A stretch of DNA of 64,000 nucleotides. It comes from Bacteriovorax stolpii (GTDB lineage: Bacteria; Bdellovibrionota; UBA1018). The position numbers and the translations under genes are program-made. The stretch lies in contig CAMAQA010000001.1 of assembly GCA_945860415.1 (NCBI GenBank), forward strand, positions 29,304-93,303, in the 5' to 3' direction. The notes below the pieces were generated by a model. It saw nothing but the letters and a program-made list of their open reading frames with translations, was not told the origin of the DNA and ran no database searches. Of this stretch, positions 38,870-48,447 are shown in pieces; within the stretch, counting starts at the first letter, position 1, and each line of letters starts with the position of its first letter.

Positions 38870-40083
38870 AACTTCCGATCTTCCTCGATTATCATTCGAC
38901 GACACCCATGGACCCTGCGGTCCTGGAAACGATGCTGCCGTATTTCACGCAGACCTTCGGCAACGCCGCGAGCCGGAATCACGAGTACGGATGGACTGCG
39001 GAAGCGGCGGTCGAAAAGGCACGCACGCAGGTTGCTTCGCTGATTGGCGCGAGCGACAAGGAAATCATTTTCACGAGCGGCGCCACCGAGAGCAACAACC
39101 TGGCGATCCAGGGCGTGGCACAGATGTACAAGGAAAAGGGCCGCCACATCATCACTTCGCCGATCGAGCACAAGGCAGTCCTGGATACCTGCCAGTACCT
39201 CGAGAGCATCGGCTTCGAGCTCACCACGCTTCCAGTCGACCAGTACGGCCGAGTCTCGGCCGAGGATGTCGTGAAGGCCATTCGTCCCGACACGATCCTG
39301 GTGAGCGTGATGTTCGCCAACAACGAAATCGGCTCGATCAATCCGATCGCCGAGATCGGCAGGGTGTGCAAGGAACGCGGAGTCGTCTTCCACACGGACG
39401 CCGTCCAGGCCTGTGGCAAGATTCCGGTCGACGTCGAGAAGATGGGCATCGACCTGCTCTCGCTGACGGCACACAAGATGTACGGACCCAAGGGCGTTGG
39501 CGCCCTTTATGTCCGCCGGCGCAATCCGCGCGTGCGCCTCTCTCCGATCGTCCACGGTGGCGGCCACGAGCGCGGGATGCGCTCCGGCACCCTGAACGTC
39601 CCGGGAATCGTCGGCTTCGGCAAGGCGGCGGAGATCGCCAAGGCTCGCCTGCAGCTCGACACCGAGCACTCGTCGCGCCTGCGCGACAAGCTCTGGAATG
39701 CGATCCGTTCTCGCGTGGACGAGGTCCACCTGAACGGCCATCCGACCGAGCGCCTGCCGCACAACCTCAACGTCAGCTTTGCGTATGTCGAAGGCGAGTC
39801 GCTGATGATGGGAATCAAGGAACTGGCCGTCTCGAGCGGTTCAGCCTGCACCTCGGCAAGCCTTGAGCCGTCGTACGTACTCAAGAGCATCGGCGTGGGC
39901 GACGAACTCGCGCACTCGAGCATCCGCTTCAGCGTTGGACGGAACACGACGGACGAGGAGATTGATTTCGCGATCGAGCGCGTCGTCGCGACCGTGAAGA
40001 AACTTCGTGAGTTGTCGCCCCTTTACGAAATGGTGAAGGAAGGCGTGGATTTGAAATCGGTCGTCTGGACCGGACATCACTGA
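38866..40083 (+). CDS. iscS: Cysteine desulfurase IscS
   Basis: Class V aminotransferase fold with a PLP-binding Lys, catalytic loop SSGSACTS and C-terminal SVVWTGHH. Confidence 0.95.
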   Translation: MKLPIFLDYHSTTPMDPAVLETMLPYFTQTFGNAASRNHEYGWTAEAAVEKARTQVASLIGASDKEIIFTSGATESNNLAIQGVAQMYKEKGRHIITSPIEHKAVLDTCQYLESIGFELTTLPVDQYGRVSAEDVVKAIRPDTILVSVMFANNEIGSINPIAEIGRVCKERGVVFHTDAVQACGKIPVDVEKMGIDLLSLTAHKMYGPKGVGALYVRRRNPRVRLSPIVHGGGHERGMRSGTLNVPGIVGFGKAAEIAKARLQLDTEHSSRLRDKLWNAIRSRVDEVHLNGHPTERLPHNLNVSFAYVEGESLMMGIKELAVSSGSACTSASLEPSYVLKSIGVGDELAHSSIRFSVGRNTTDEEIDFAIERVVATVKKLRELSPLYEMVKEGVDLKSVVWTGHH

Positions 40084-40100
40084 GAACCTCAGGAGGTACC

Positions 40101-40499
40101 ATGGCATACACCCAGAAAGTCATCGATCACTACGAGAACCCCCGGAACGTCGGCTCGCTCGACAAAACCGCGAAGGATGTCGGCACCGGACTGGTCGGCG
40201 CCCCGGAATGCGGCGACGTGATGAAGCTGCAGATCCAGGTCGACGAGAAGACCCGCGTCATCACCGATGCGAAGTTCAAGACCTTCGGCTGCGGCAGCGC
40301 GATCGCCAGCTCCTCGCTCGCCACCGAGTGGGTGAAGGGAAAGACGGTCGAGGAGGCCCTGCAGATCAGGAACACGGACATCGTCGAGGAGCTCTCGCTT
40401 CCGCCGATCAAGATCCACTGCTCGGTCCTTGCCGAAGACGCGATCAAGGCCGCGATCCAGGACTACATCAAGAAGAACGACGGAGAGAACAAGTCATGA
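40101..40499 (+). CDS. iscU: Fe-S cluster assembly scaffold IscU
   Basis: Three conserved Cys plus the LPPVK-type motif (LPPIKIHCSVLAEDA). Confidence 0.95.
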   Translation: MAYTQKVIDHYENPRNVGSLDKTAKDVGTGLVGAPECGDVMKLQIQVDEKTRVITDAKFKTFGCGSAIASSSLATEWVKGKTVEEALQIRNTDIVEELSLPPIKIHCSVLAEDAIKAAIQDYIKKNDGENKS

Positions 40500-40942
40500 G
40501 TGAAGCCATGCAGGACCAGGGCATGCAGGACCAGGGCATGCAGGACCAGGGCATGCAGGACCAGGGCATGCAGGACCAGGGCGCTGCCGGCGTTCCGGCG
40601 GCGAAGCCGACCTCGCTCACGATCAGCGACAAGGCCGTGACCGAAATCAAGCGCATCCAGGCCAGTGACCCGACCGCGGTCAATGCGAACCTCCGCGTGA
40701 TGGTGGTCGGCGGCGGATGCTCGGGCATGAGCTACAAGCTGGGCTTCGATGCGCAGCCACTCGCGGCCAGCGACAAGACGTTCGAGAAGGACGGCGTGAA
40801 GGTCGTGTGCGACGCCAAGTCGTTCCTGTACCTTGCCGGCACGGAGCTCGATTTCACCGACGGCCTGAATGGCACCGGATTCGTGTTCAAGAACCCGAAC
40901 GCGAAGCGCACCTGTGGCTGCGGTTCCAGCTTCTCCGCCTAA
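40496..40942 (+). CDS. iscA: Fe-S cluster insertion protein IscA (A-type carrier) with an N-terminal (MQDQG)x5 repeat extension
   Basis: HesB/IscA core with the C-x42-CGCG motif (CGCGSSFS). The start overlaps the iscU stop (ATGA). Confidence 0.85.
   Translation: MSEAMQDQGMQDQGMQDQGMQDQGMQDQGAAGVPAAKPTSLTISDKAVTEIKRIQASDPTAVNANLRVMVVGGGCSGMSYKLGFDAQPLAASDKTFEKDGVKVVCDAKSFLYLAGTELDFTDGLNGTGFVFKNPNAKRTCGCGSSFSA
40508..40582 (+). repeat. Perfect 15-bp x 5 tandem repeat (ATGCAGGACCAGGGC) inside the 5' end of iscA, encoding (MQDQG)x5
   Basis: Read directly from the sequence: five identical in-frame units. Confidence 0.9.
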
Positions 40943-41582
40943 GGCGTGCGTCCACTGCGGGGCGGGGCCTTCCGGAGCGCTTGCTCCTCACGCATGTGCG
41001 GCCTGCGGAGCTCCGCAGCCGCTGCCGTCTGAGGCTAGCCGCGATCCGTTCGAGGTCTTCAGCGTGCCACGGCGTTTTGCGCAGGATCGGGCCGCGCTCC
41101 AGAAGCGCTTCCTTGACCTGAGCCGGGCCCTGCACCCGGATCGCTTCGCCCGCGCCCCTGAGGGGGTCCGGCAGGCGTCGCTGGAGCGGATGGGGCTGGT
41201 GAATGAAGCCTATCGCCTCCTGACGGATCGAAATGCCGTGCGAGACTACCTCCTGGCCGAGGCGGGAATTGCGGGAAAACCGGTTCGGAGCATGGATGAC
41301 CTGGAGCTCGCCGAGCGCTGGTTTGAGCTGCAGGAACAGGTCATGGAGCTCGATGACCCGCGCGAACCGGTCGAGAAGTTCGCGGGCGAGCTTCAGCTGC
41401 TGATCGTCTCGTCGCAGGAGCGGATGCAGGAGTTGGAGAAGAAGTTTGATGCCGGAGAGGAGTCCGGCAGCGAAGCGGCGGAAACGCTTCGTGAAATGTC
41501 GGCGGCGGCGCAGAGGGGCAACACGCTCCGATCGATGCTCCGGGATGTGGAGCGCTTGAAGGCCCGAGTGGGCCTGGGCTAA
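40869..41582 (+). CDS. hscB: Fe-S co-chaperone HscB with an N-terminal tetracysteine (CxxC...CxxC) zinc-finger module (start uncertain: ATG 40869 or in-frame GTG at about 40914; either overlaps the iscA 3' end)
   Basis: J-domain-like region with HPD (LHPDRF) and a C-terminal helical HscB domain. CVHCG-x11-CAACG lies upstream of the J-domain. Confidence 0.7.
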   Translation: MAPDSCSRTRTRSAPVAAVPASPPKACVHCGAGPSGALAPHACAACGAPQPLPSEASRDPFEVFSVPRRFAQDRAALQKRFLDLSRALHPDRFARAPEGVRQASLERMGLVNEAYRLLTDRNAVRDYLLAEAGIAGKPVRSMDDLELAERWFELQEQVMELDDPREPVEKFAGELQLLIVSSQERMQELEKKFDAGEESGSEAAETLREMSAAAQRGNTLRSMLRDVERLKARVGLG

Positions 41583-41594
41583 TAAGGACGCGAA

Positions 41595-43442
41595 ATGACT
41601 TTCCAGATCGGAAAATTCGAAGCTCCCGCGCAGGAGCCGATCGTCGGAATCGACCTCGGCACCACGCATAGCCTCGTGGCGATCGTCCGCAATGGACAGC
41701 CCGAGGTGCTGCCGTCGCGCGAGGGCAAGCGCCTGCTCCCGTCCGTGGTCGCGGTCGATGCCGAAGGTTCCGAGCCCGTGCTGGGCTATGAGGCTCGGAA
41801 GCACCAGATTCGTGATGCGCGGCATACTGCCTTTTCGGTCAAGCGACTGCTGGGCCGGAGCTATGAGGACGTGAAGGCGAAAGCCTCGGAGTTTCCTTAC
41901 GAACTGGTTCCGCCTCCTGCCGATGATCCTTCGGGCCTGGTCCGCATCCGACTCGGCTACTGCGTGTTCACGGCCATCGAAATTTCCGCGATGATCCTCA
42001 AGGAGCTCCGGCTTTCCGCGGAAGCCGCCCTGGGGCAGCCGGTTCACAAGGCCGTCATCACGGTTCCCGCTTATTTCAACGATGCCCAGAGGCAGGCGAC
42101 GCGCACGGCGGGAAGGCTTGCCGGACTCGACGTCCTCCGCATCATCAACGAGCCGACGGCAGCCTCGCTCGCCTACGGCCTCGACAAGAAGAAGCAGGGA
42201 ACGATCGCCGTCTATGACATCGGTGGTGGTACGTTCGATATTTCGATCCTGCGCCTGCACGATGGCGTGTTTGAAGTCCTGTCCACGCATGGCAATACCC
42301 AGCTCGGCGGCGACGACCTCGACCAGGCCATCGCACAGTGGTTCCTGGCCGATGGATTGTCGATGAACGAGCTCTCCCTGGAAGATCGTGCTGCGCTGAT
42401 CGAAGGCGCAGAGCGCGCGAAAAAGGCCATCGGTTCGAGCGGTGAGGAGCAGGCCATCGAGCTCGAGCTCAGGGGCGAGCGCAAGCGCAAGGTGCTGACC
42501 GTCGAGACCTTCAACCAGCTCTGTCGTCCCATCCTGGAAAAGACCCGCGTGAGCTGCGAGCAGGCGTTGAAGGACGCCGGGCTGTCGCGCGAGGAGCTGA
42601 CGGACCTTGTTCTCGTGGGCGGTCCGACGCGGCTTCCGATCGTCCAGCAGGTTGCCTCCGAGATCTTCGGACGCACTCCGAATACGTCGGTTCATCCGGA
42701 TGAAGTCGTCGCCCAGGGGGCCGCCATTCAGGCCGACATCCTGGCCGGCAACACGACCGATCTCCTCCTGCTGGATGTCGTGCCACTCTCGCTGGGCATC
42801 GAAACCTACGGCGGACTGATGAATGTGCTGATTCCGCGCAACACGAAGGTGCCCGCGACGGCTCGTGAAGTGTTCACGACGTTTGCCGACAAGCAGACCG
42901 GCGTCGACATCCACGTTTTTCAGGGCGAGCGCGACCAAGTGAGCGAGAATCGTTCTCTGGCGCGCTTCAAGCTGCGTGGCATTCGTCCCGCTCCCGCCGG
43001 CATTCCGCGAATCGAGGTGTCGTTCCTCGTGGATGCCGACGGCATTCTGCAGGTGAGTGCCCGCGACATGGAGACCAGCCAGGTCCAGAGTGTCGAAGTT
43101 CGCCCCAGCTTTGGACTTTCCGATGCCGAGGTGGAGCGCATGCTCAGCGCCGGGCTGGAGAACAAGGACGGCGATAAGGCGTTCAAGCGACTGGTGGATG
43201 CTCGCAATGAGGCCGAGCCGATCCTTCGAGCGACGGAGAGGAATCTTCCTGATGCCGATGAGCTGATTGGCCGCGAGCAGGCTGATGTCGTCCGAGCAGC
43301 CGTTCGAGAGCTGCAGGACGCCATGGCCGGCACCGATCCGGTTCGTATCCGCCAGACTCGTGACCAGGTGAACCGAGTGACGATCGTGCTCGCAGAAAAA
43401 GTTCTGGCTCGGACACTGGCCCGCGCGTCCAGCACGCGGTAA
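41595..43442 (+). CDS. hscA: Fe-S chaperone HscA (Hsp70 family)
   Basis: IGIDLGTTHSLVA, DLGGGTFD and IVLVGG actin-fold ATPase motifs. About 615 aa. Confidence 0.9.
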   Translation: MTFQIGKFEAPAQEPIVGIDLGTTHSLVAIVRNGQPEVLPSREGKRLLPSVVAVDAEGSEPVLGYEARKHQIRDARHTAFSVKRLLGRSYEDVKAKASEFPYELVPPPADDPSGLVRIRLGYCVFTAIEISAMILKELRLSAEAALGQPVHKAVITVPAYFNDAQRQATRTAGRLAGLDVLRIINEPTAASLAYGLDKKKQGTIAVYDIGGGTFDISILRLHDGVFEVLSTHGNTQLGGDDLDQAIAQWFLADGLSMNELSLEDRAALIEGAERAKKAIGSSGEEQAIELELRGERKRKVLTVETFNQLCRPILEKTRVSCEQALKDAGLSREELTDLVLVGGPTRLPIVQQVASEIFGRTPNTSVHPDEVVAQGAAIQADILAGNTTDLLLLDVVPLSLGIETYGGLMNVLIPRNTKVPATAREVFTTFADKQTGVDIHVFQGERDQVSENRSLARFKLRGIRPAPAGIPRIEVSFLVDADGILQVSARDMETSQVQSVEVRPSFGLSDAEVERMLSAGLENKDGDKAFKRLVDARNEAEPILRATERNLPDADELIGREQADVVRAAVRELQDAMAGTDPVRIRQTRDQVNRVTIVLAEKVLARTLARASSTR

Positions 43443-43452
43443 GAGGTTCCTG

Positions 43453-43746
43453 ATGCCAAAAGTCACTTTCCTTCCCTTGAAGCAGACCGTCGAAGCCCGT
43501 GCCGGAGACAGCATCCTTGAAACGGCGCTTGCCCATGACATTCCCCTGCACCATGCCTGCGGCGGTTACTGCGCCTGCACGACCTGCCAGATTCGCGTGG
43601 TCGAGGGGGCCCAAAATCTTTCGGCCATGGAAGAGGAAGAAACGGAGCGCCTCGAGCGCGCCGATGACGTCTTGCCCCAGTCACGCCTCGGCTGCCAGGC
43701 CAAGGTCAACGGCGATGTCATCGTTGAAATGGTCCACGTCGACTGA
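43453..43746 (+). CDS. fdx: [2Fe-2S] ferredoxin (isc-type Fdx)
   Basis: Cys ligand pattern C-x5-C-x2-C...C (HACGGYCACTTCQ...GCQ). About 97 aa. Confidence 0.8.
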   Translation: MPKVTFLPLKQTVEARAGDSILETALAHDIPLHHACGGYCACTTCQIRVVEGAQNLSAMEEEETERLERADDVLPQSRLGCQAKVNGDVIVEMVHVD

Positions 43747-43759
43747 GAGCAGGAACACC

Positions 43760-44149
43760 ATGTCGGAAAACAATTCTCCCGCACGACCCTTCAAGATCAC
43801 GTTTGTTTCTCCGACCGGAGACTCCCAGGTCATCGACGTCGACGCTGCTGCACGTCCCAGCTGCGGAACGGGAGAACCCGGAAGCATCCTGGACATCGCT
43901 CTGGCGCAGGGCGTTGAGATTGATCATGCCTGTGGTGGAGTTTGCGCCTGCTCCACTTGTCACGTTAAGATCAAGGCCGGCCTCGCTTCGTGCAATGAGA
44001 GCACGGAGGATGAAGAGGACCAGCTGGACAAGGCGCCCGGAGTCACCAGCCAGTCACGACTGGCCTGTCAGTGCATCCCGAGCGGACAACAGGACCTTGT
44101 TGTCGAAATTCCCGGCTGGAATCGCAATCGAGTTCGGGAAGGAGCCTGA
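43760..44149 (+). CDS. Second [2Fe-2S] ferredoxin (paralog)
   Basis: HACGGVCACSTCH...LACQ repeats the same ligand pattern. About 129 aa. The ATG at 43760 lies 87 codons into the longer track ORF (43499), which overlaps fdx in another frame. Confidence 0.7.
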   Translation: MSENNSPARPFKITFVSPTGDSQVIDVDAAARPSCGTGEPGSILDIALAQGVEIDHACGGVCACSTCHVKIKAGLASCNESTEDEEDQLDKAPGVTSQSRLACQCIPSGQQDLVVEIPGWNRNRVREGA

Positions 44150-44155
44150 TTTCGC

Positions 44156-45094
44156 ATGCGGCAATCAAGGGGGGGCGGAGGCAGCCTGAAGAGGCTGGTG
44201 CTCCTTGCTGCGCTTTTTGGAGCGACAGTCGGCGGAGTCATGATCGAATCGGCACAGGCAGGCGGACAGGGCGAGTTGATCTATTATGTTTTTCCTTCGC
44301 CCAAAGGAATCGACTGGTCCTCGCCGCGTCGTCTGGCCTGGTCTTCGATCGTCAACCTGCTTCGCTTCAAGTTCGAGCGTGAGCACAACATCGGACATGT
44401 GAATGTCGAAGTCCGCTGCACTTTCGATGATGGTCGGCGTGAGTCCTTCCTGACGGGAATGACCTCAGAGACAAAAGGTGAGACCACGAAGGCCGTCCTG
44501 TGGGACCAGCGCGGGCTAGGTTCTCTTTTCTATAATTTCAGGGGACGTCTCGAGTCTCGCGAAGAGGTGGAGCGCCAGTGGCCGGAACGCAAGAAGCACG
44601 GAGAGCTGGCGGTGATTCGTTACGCCATCTCGGAGTCCACCTGCGAACGCCTGCTCCAGTTTGAGCGTGAGTACCGTGAAAGCGGAGCACAGGTGAACTA
44701 CGGACTTCCACGCCGCCCGCGCCATGGCGAAGGCGGTGGCTGCTCGGCATACGCTGTGAGCTATCTTGAACTTGCGGGGCTGCTCACGGACGAGATGCGC
44801 AAGCACTGGAGTCGGACCATCCTCGTGCCTGAAGATCTGATCGGTGAGCCCGAGAACCACAAACACGTATCGATCGGCACCCTTCTGCTATCCTTTTGGA
44901 GAAAATGGGCGAAACCGGAGCATCCACACCGACCGATTTTTTTCTGGGATCCCGATGCGATGTACCGCTGGATTGCCTCGGTTCATGCCTCCGATCGCGC
45001 CGATTTCGGGCGCCAGCAGGTCGTAGCAGTTCCGGTGCTGACCCAGGATGCCACCTCTGTTCCGACTCCCGTCGAGCCGATCTGGTTGAACTAG
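44156..45094 (+). CDS. Hypothetical secreted protein directly appended to the isc operon
   Basis: Signal-peptide-like N-terminus (LVLLAALFGATVGGVMIESAQA) and no recognised domain. Starts 6 nt after fdx2 and ends 7 nt before the next gene. Confidence 0.4.
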   Translation: MRQSRGGGGSLKRLVLLAALFGATVGGVMIESAQAGGQGELIYYVFPSPKGIDWSSPRRLAWSSIVNLLRFKFEREHNIGHVNVEVRCTFDDGRRESFLTGMTSETKGETTKAVLWDQRGLGSLFYNFRGRLESREEVERQWPERKKHGELAVIRYAISESTCERLLQFEREYRESGAQVNYGLPRRPRHGEGGGCSAYAVSYLELAGLLTDEMRKHWSRTILVPEDLIGEPENHKHVSIGTLLLSFWRKWAKPEHPHRPIFFWDPDAMYRWIASVHASDRADFGRQQVVAVPVLTQDATSVPTPVEPIWLN

Positions 45095-45101
45095 GAGTTT
45101 T

Positions 45102-46694
45102 ATGATGCAGATTCTTCGACTCTCCCTCCTGATTCGCCTGGCAGCCTCCGCAGTGATCTGCGCCCTCGGCGTTACTTCGGTCGGTTCAGTGCAAGCGGCG
45201 GATTCGCAGGCCACGACCTTTACCTTTCGACTCCAGGGAGAGCCCGAGACTCTGGACTGGAATCGTGCGTACACGACGGGTGAAACCTACCTGCTGATGA
45301 ATCTCATGGAGGGCCTCATCGAGCTGAATGCGCAGCTCAAGGTGGAGCCTCGCCTCGCCGAGCGGTATACGATCAGTCCCGACGGAAAGACGTACACGTT
45401 TTTCCTGCGCAAAGGAGTCAAGTGGCAGGACGGCGTGCCCTTGAAGGCTGCAGACTTCGTCTACAGCTGGAAGCGACTGCTTTCGCCGCTTACTGCGGCC
45501 TCCTATGCCTACCTGCTTTTCGATGTGGCAGGTGCGAGAGAATTCTACGAAGGAAAAAATCGCGACTTCTCGAAGGTCGGCATCAGGGCCATCAATGATT
45601 CCACCCTGGAAGTGAAACTCCACCGGCCGGTTGCCTACTGGATCTACATTCCCACGTTCTGGGTCACGTTTCCGCTGCGGCAGGATGTGGTCGAGACGCA
45701 TGGCGAATCGTGGAGCATGCCTGGAAAGATGGTCACCCTTGGGCCCTACACCCTGTCTTCGCGTGAGCTCGAGAGCAAGGTCGTGCTCCAGGCCAATCCG
45801 AACTACTGGGGCAGGCGCGGCAACGTCCAGAAAGTCGTGGCCCAGATCGTTCGCGATGACCAGACTGCGCTGACGCTTTTTGAGACCGGTGCCATTGACT
45901 TCATGTCGGAGATTCCGATTCTCGAGATGAAGCGGATGTCCTCGCGTCCTGAGCTGAAGACCTTTCCGTATCTCAAGACCTCCTTTCTCGGATTCAACGT
46001 GACGAAGTTTCCGATGAGCTCGGCGAAGCTGCGGCGGGCCATTGCCATGGCCATCGACAAGAAGAAGCTCGTCGAGGCCGTCGGAGGAAAATTCACAGTC
46101 GCATCCAGCTTCCTGCCTCCGGGAATCGCGGGCCACGATCCGAAAGAGGGTCTCCCTTTCGACCTGCTGCGTGCTCGAAGTGAATTCAGGATGTCCGGTG
46201 TCGACGTGAGTTCCGGACGACTTTCGCTCGACCTGCTGGCCTATAATCTCGACAAGAACAAGATGATGGCCGAGGTGCTCCAGGCCCAGCTCCAGCAGAA
46301 TCTCGGAATCCAGGTCAATATCGAGCTTTATGATCCCAAGGCATTCTGGGCGCAGATTGATCTCGGTGTTTATCCGATGTGGCAGGGAATGTGGGGTGCG
46401 GACTATCCCGATCCGGACAACTTTCTGGGCATTTTTCTCTCGGGCTCGGGAAACAACCGGACAGGCTGGAAGAATGCTGCCTATGACCAATGGATCGACG
46501 ATGCGCGCACGAAGCAGTCGGTTTCTGAGCGCCAGAAGCTCTATGCCCAGGCCGAAACACTCTTGATCGAGCGCGAAGCCGCCATTGTTCCGCTTTTTTA
46601 CGAGCCCCTGATTGTACTCGTGAGTCGCCGGACGAAGGGCATCGAGCTGAATCCGCTGAACTACCTCTACCTTCGCGGAGTGAATCTGAACTAG
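45102..46694 (+). CDS. ABC transporter substrate-binding protein, family 5 (Opp/Dpp/Nik-type)
   Basis: Signal peptide, about 530 aa, cluster-5 SBP features (binds peptides or nickel). Confidence 0.8.
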   Translation: MMQILRLSLLIRLAASAVICALGVTSVGSVQAADSQATTFTFRLQGEPETLDWNRAYTTGETYLLMNLMEGLIELNAQLKVEPRLAERYTISPDGKTYTFFLRKGVKWQDGVPLKAADFVYSWKRLLSPLTAASYAYLLFDVAGAREFYEGKNRDFSKVGIRAINDSTLEVKLHRPVAYWIYIPTFWVTFPLRQDVVETHGESWSMPGKMVTLGPYTLSSRELESKVVLQANPNYWGRRGNVQKVVAQIVRDDQTALTLFETGAIDFMSEIPILEMKRMSSRPELKTFPYLKTSFLGFNVTKFPMSSAKLRRAIAMAIDKKKLVEAVGGKFTVASSFLPPGIAGHDPKEGLPFDLLRARSEFRMSGVDVSSGRLSLDLLAYNLDKNKMMAEVLQAQLQQNLGIQVNIELYDPKAFWAQIDLGVYPMWQGMWGADYPDPDNFLGIFLSGSGNNRTGWKNAAYDQWIDDARTKQSVSERQKLYAQAETLLIEREAAIVPLFYEPLIVLVSRRTKGIELNPLNYLYLRGVNLN

Positions 46695-47524
46695 TCGACG
46701 GCTCCGAGACGACCCTGGCCGCTCACGCGATCACGAAGCCAGTCGCCGAGGTACTGGCTTGCCAGGAGTACCACGAAGAGCGCCACGGACGGAAACGCCA
46801 GAAGGTGCGGATGGCTGCGAAGCGCGCGCGATCCTTCCGAGGCGAGAGTTCCCCAGCTGGCGTGAGGCGGCTGCAGGCCGAGGCCCAGGAACGAGAGAAA
46901 ACTCTCGGCCATGATGTTGGACGGAATCTGCGCCGAAACCGAGACGAGGATCGGTCCCCAGAGGTTGGGCAGCACGTGCTGCCGGAGAATCCTGAAGTTC
47001 GACACGCCCAGTGCCCGAGCCGCTTCGATGTAGGGTTGTTCGGAAGCTTGCATCACCTGCGCGCGAACGAGCCGGGCGTGCTGGACCCAGGCCACGATCC
47101 CGATGGACAGGAAGATTCCCGCGACTCCCCGACCAAAAAGCAGCGAAAATAAAATGGCTAGCAGCAGCGATGGAAAAATCGAGAAAAAGTCGATGAACCC
47201 GGTGAGGATCCGGTCCGTCCAGCCGCGATAATACCCTGCCAATGCTCCGGTGATGGTTCCGATCACGAGCGAAAAGAGGGCCGTTGCAATTCCAATCGAC
47301 AGCGAGAGGCGAGCGCCGAACAAAAGACGGGTAAAAAGATCGCGTCCGAGGCTGTCGGTGCCGAGCCAGTATTTCGCGGCGGGGCCGCTCAGTCTGTCCG
47401 AGATGTTCTGTGCGTTCGGATCATGCGGAGCAATCCAAGGAGCCAAGAAGGCGAGGGCGACCAGGCCGAGCAACGCCACCAGAAGTCCGAGTGCGATTCG
47501 ATCGTTGCGGAGGGAGGCCTTCAC
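46691..47524 (-). CDS. ABC transporter permease (OppC/DppC-like)
   Basis: Six TM segments and the binding-protein-dependent permease EAA-loop region (EAARALG). Confidence 0.8.
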   Translation of the reverse strand: MKASLRNDRIALGLLVALLGLVALAFLAPWIAPHDPNAQNISDRLSGPAAKYWLGTDSLGRDLFTRLLFGARLSLSIGIATALFSLVIGTITGALAGYYRGWTDRILTGFIDFFSIFPSLLLAILFSLLFGRGVAGIFLSIGIVAWVQHARLVRAQVMQASEQPYIEAARALGVSNFRILRQHVLPNLWGPILVSVSAQIPSNIMAESFLSFLGLGLQPPHASWGTLASEGSRALRSHPHLLAFPSVALFVVLLASQYLGDWLRDRVSGQGRLGAVD

Positions 47525-48447
47525 GGCGAGCTCCGTGTTCGTAACCGAGGATCAGCCCACGCCAGGAGCAGCTCCGTGGCCGCGTTGAATAGAACGAGCA
47601 ACAGGCCGAACACGAGCGTCGTGCCCATCACCAGCGGGTAATCGCGATTCAGTACCGCTGACACAAAGTAGCGTCCCATGCCTGGAATCTGGAAGAGCGT
47701 CTCGACGAGGAAGGACCCGGTCAGGAGGTGTGCTGCCACCGGACCGAGAAGTCCGATGCATGGAATCCACGCGTTGCGAAGGGCGTGTCGCCACAGGACG
47801 GCATCCCGGGAGAGTCCTTTTGCATGCGCCGTGCGGATGTAGTCCTGTCCCAGAACATCCATCACGCTTCCTCTCATGAGACGAGTGATCAGGGCCATGG
47901 GTCGCAGCATCAGAGTGAAGGCGGGCAGAATCCAGTGTGACGGCCCCTCCCAGAGAGCCGGCGGAAGCCAGCTCAATTGTATGGAAAAGAGCCAGACGAG
48001 CAGGCTTGCCACGAGAAATCCGGGCAGACTCACCGATGAAAGCAGGATCAGCCGGATCCAGCGGTCCCAGAGCGCGTTCCGGCTCGCGCCCGAATAGATG
48101 CCGAGGGGAACTCCGATCAGCAGGGCGGCAAGCAGGGCAATTCCGCCGAGAGCGAGCGAGTGCGGCAGCGCAGTCGACAGAATCTCGGATACCGAGCGAT
48201 CCGGATGCTGAAACGAGGTTCCGAGATCCCCCGATAGCGATGCCCATGCCCATCTTCCAAACTGATGCGTGATCGGAGCATCGAGGCCGTAGCGACGCTC
48301 GATCTGGAGCTGCACTTCTGCCGGAAGCACGCGATCGGTGTCGAATGGGCCTCCAGGCGCAAAGCGCACGAGAAAGAAGACCGCCATCATCAGGAGTGAA
48401 AGCACCAGCAGTGAGTGCAGCAGGCGTTTGAGCGAGAGTTCCAGCAT
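47521..48447 (-). CDS. ABC transporter permease (OppB/DppB-like). The track ORF runs to 48549; the Met at 48447 shares 1 nt with the upstream stop (TGATG)
   Basis: Typical OppB N-terminus (LKRLLHSLLVLSLLMMAVFFLVRFAPGGPF) and an EAA loop. Confidence 0.8.
   Translation of the reverse strand: MLELSLKRLLHSLLVLSLLMMAVFFLVRFAPGGPFDTDRVLPAEVQLQIERRYGLDAPITHQFGRWAWASLSGDLGTSFQHPDRSVSEILSTALPHSLALGGIALLAALLIGVPLGIYSGASRNALWDRWIRLILLSSVSLPGFLVASLLVWLFSIQLSWLPPALWEGPSHWILPAFTLMLRPMALITRLMRGSVMDVLGQDYIRTAHAKGLSRDAVLWRHALRNAWIPCIGLLGPVAAHLLTGSFLVETLFQIPGMGRYFVSAVLNRDYPLVMGTTLVFGLLLVLFNAATELLLAWADPRLRTRSSP

Noticed and set aside
38734-39762. 342-aa minus ORF antisense to iscS; 45186-46490 minus ORF antisense to the SBP; 50258-51565 plus ORF antisense to hpt/tdk; 6690-7520 plus ORF antisense to the response regulator
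   Set aside because: In each case the opposite strand encodes a well-conserved protein, and the listed ORF is compositionally biased with no domain signatures.
40887-43541. 884-aa minus-strand ORF antisense to hscB and hscA
   Set aside because: The plus strand carries full Hsp70 and J-protein signatures. The antisense product is low-complexity.
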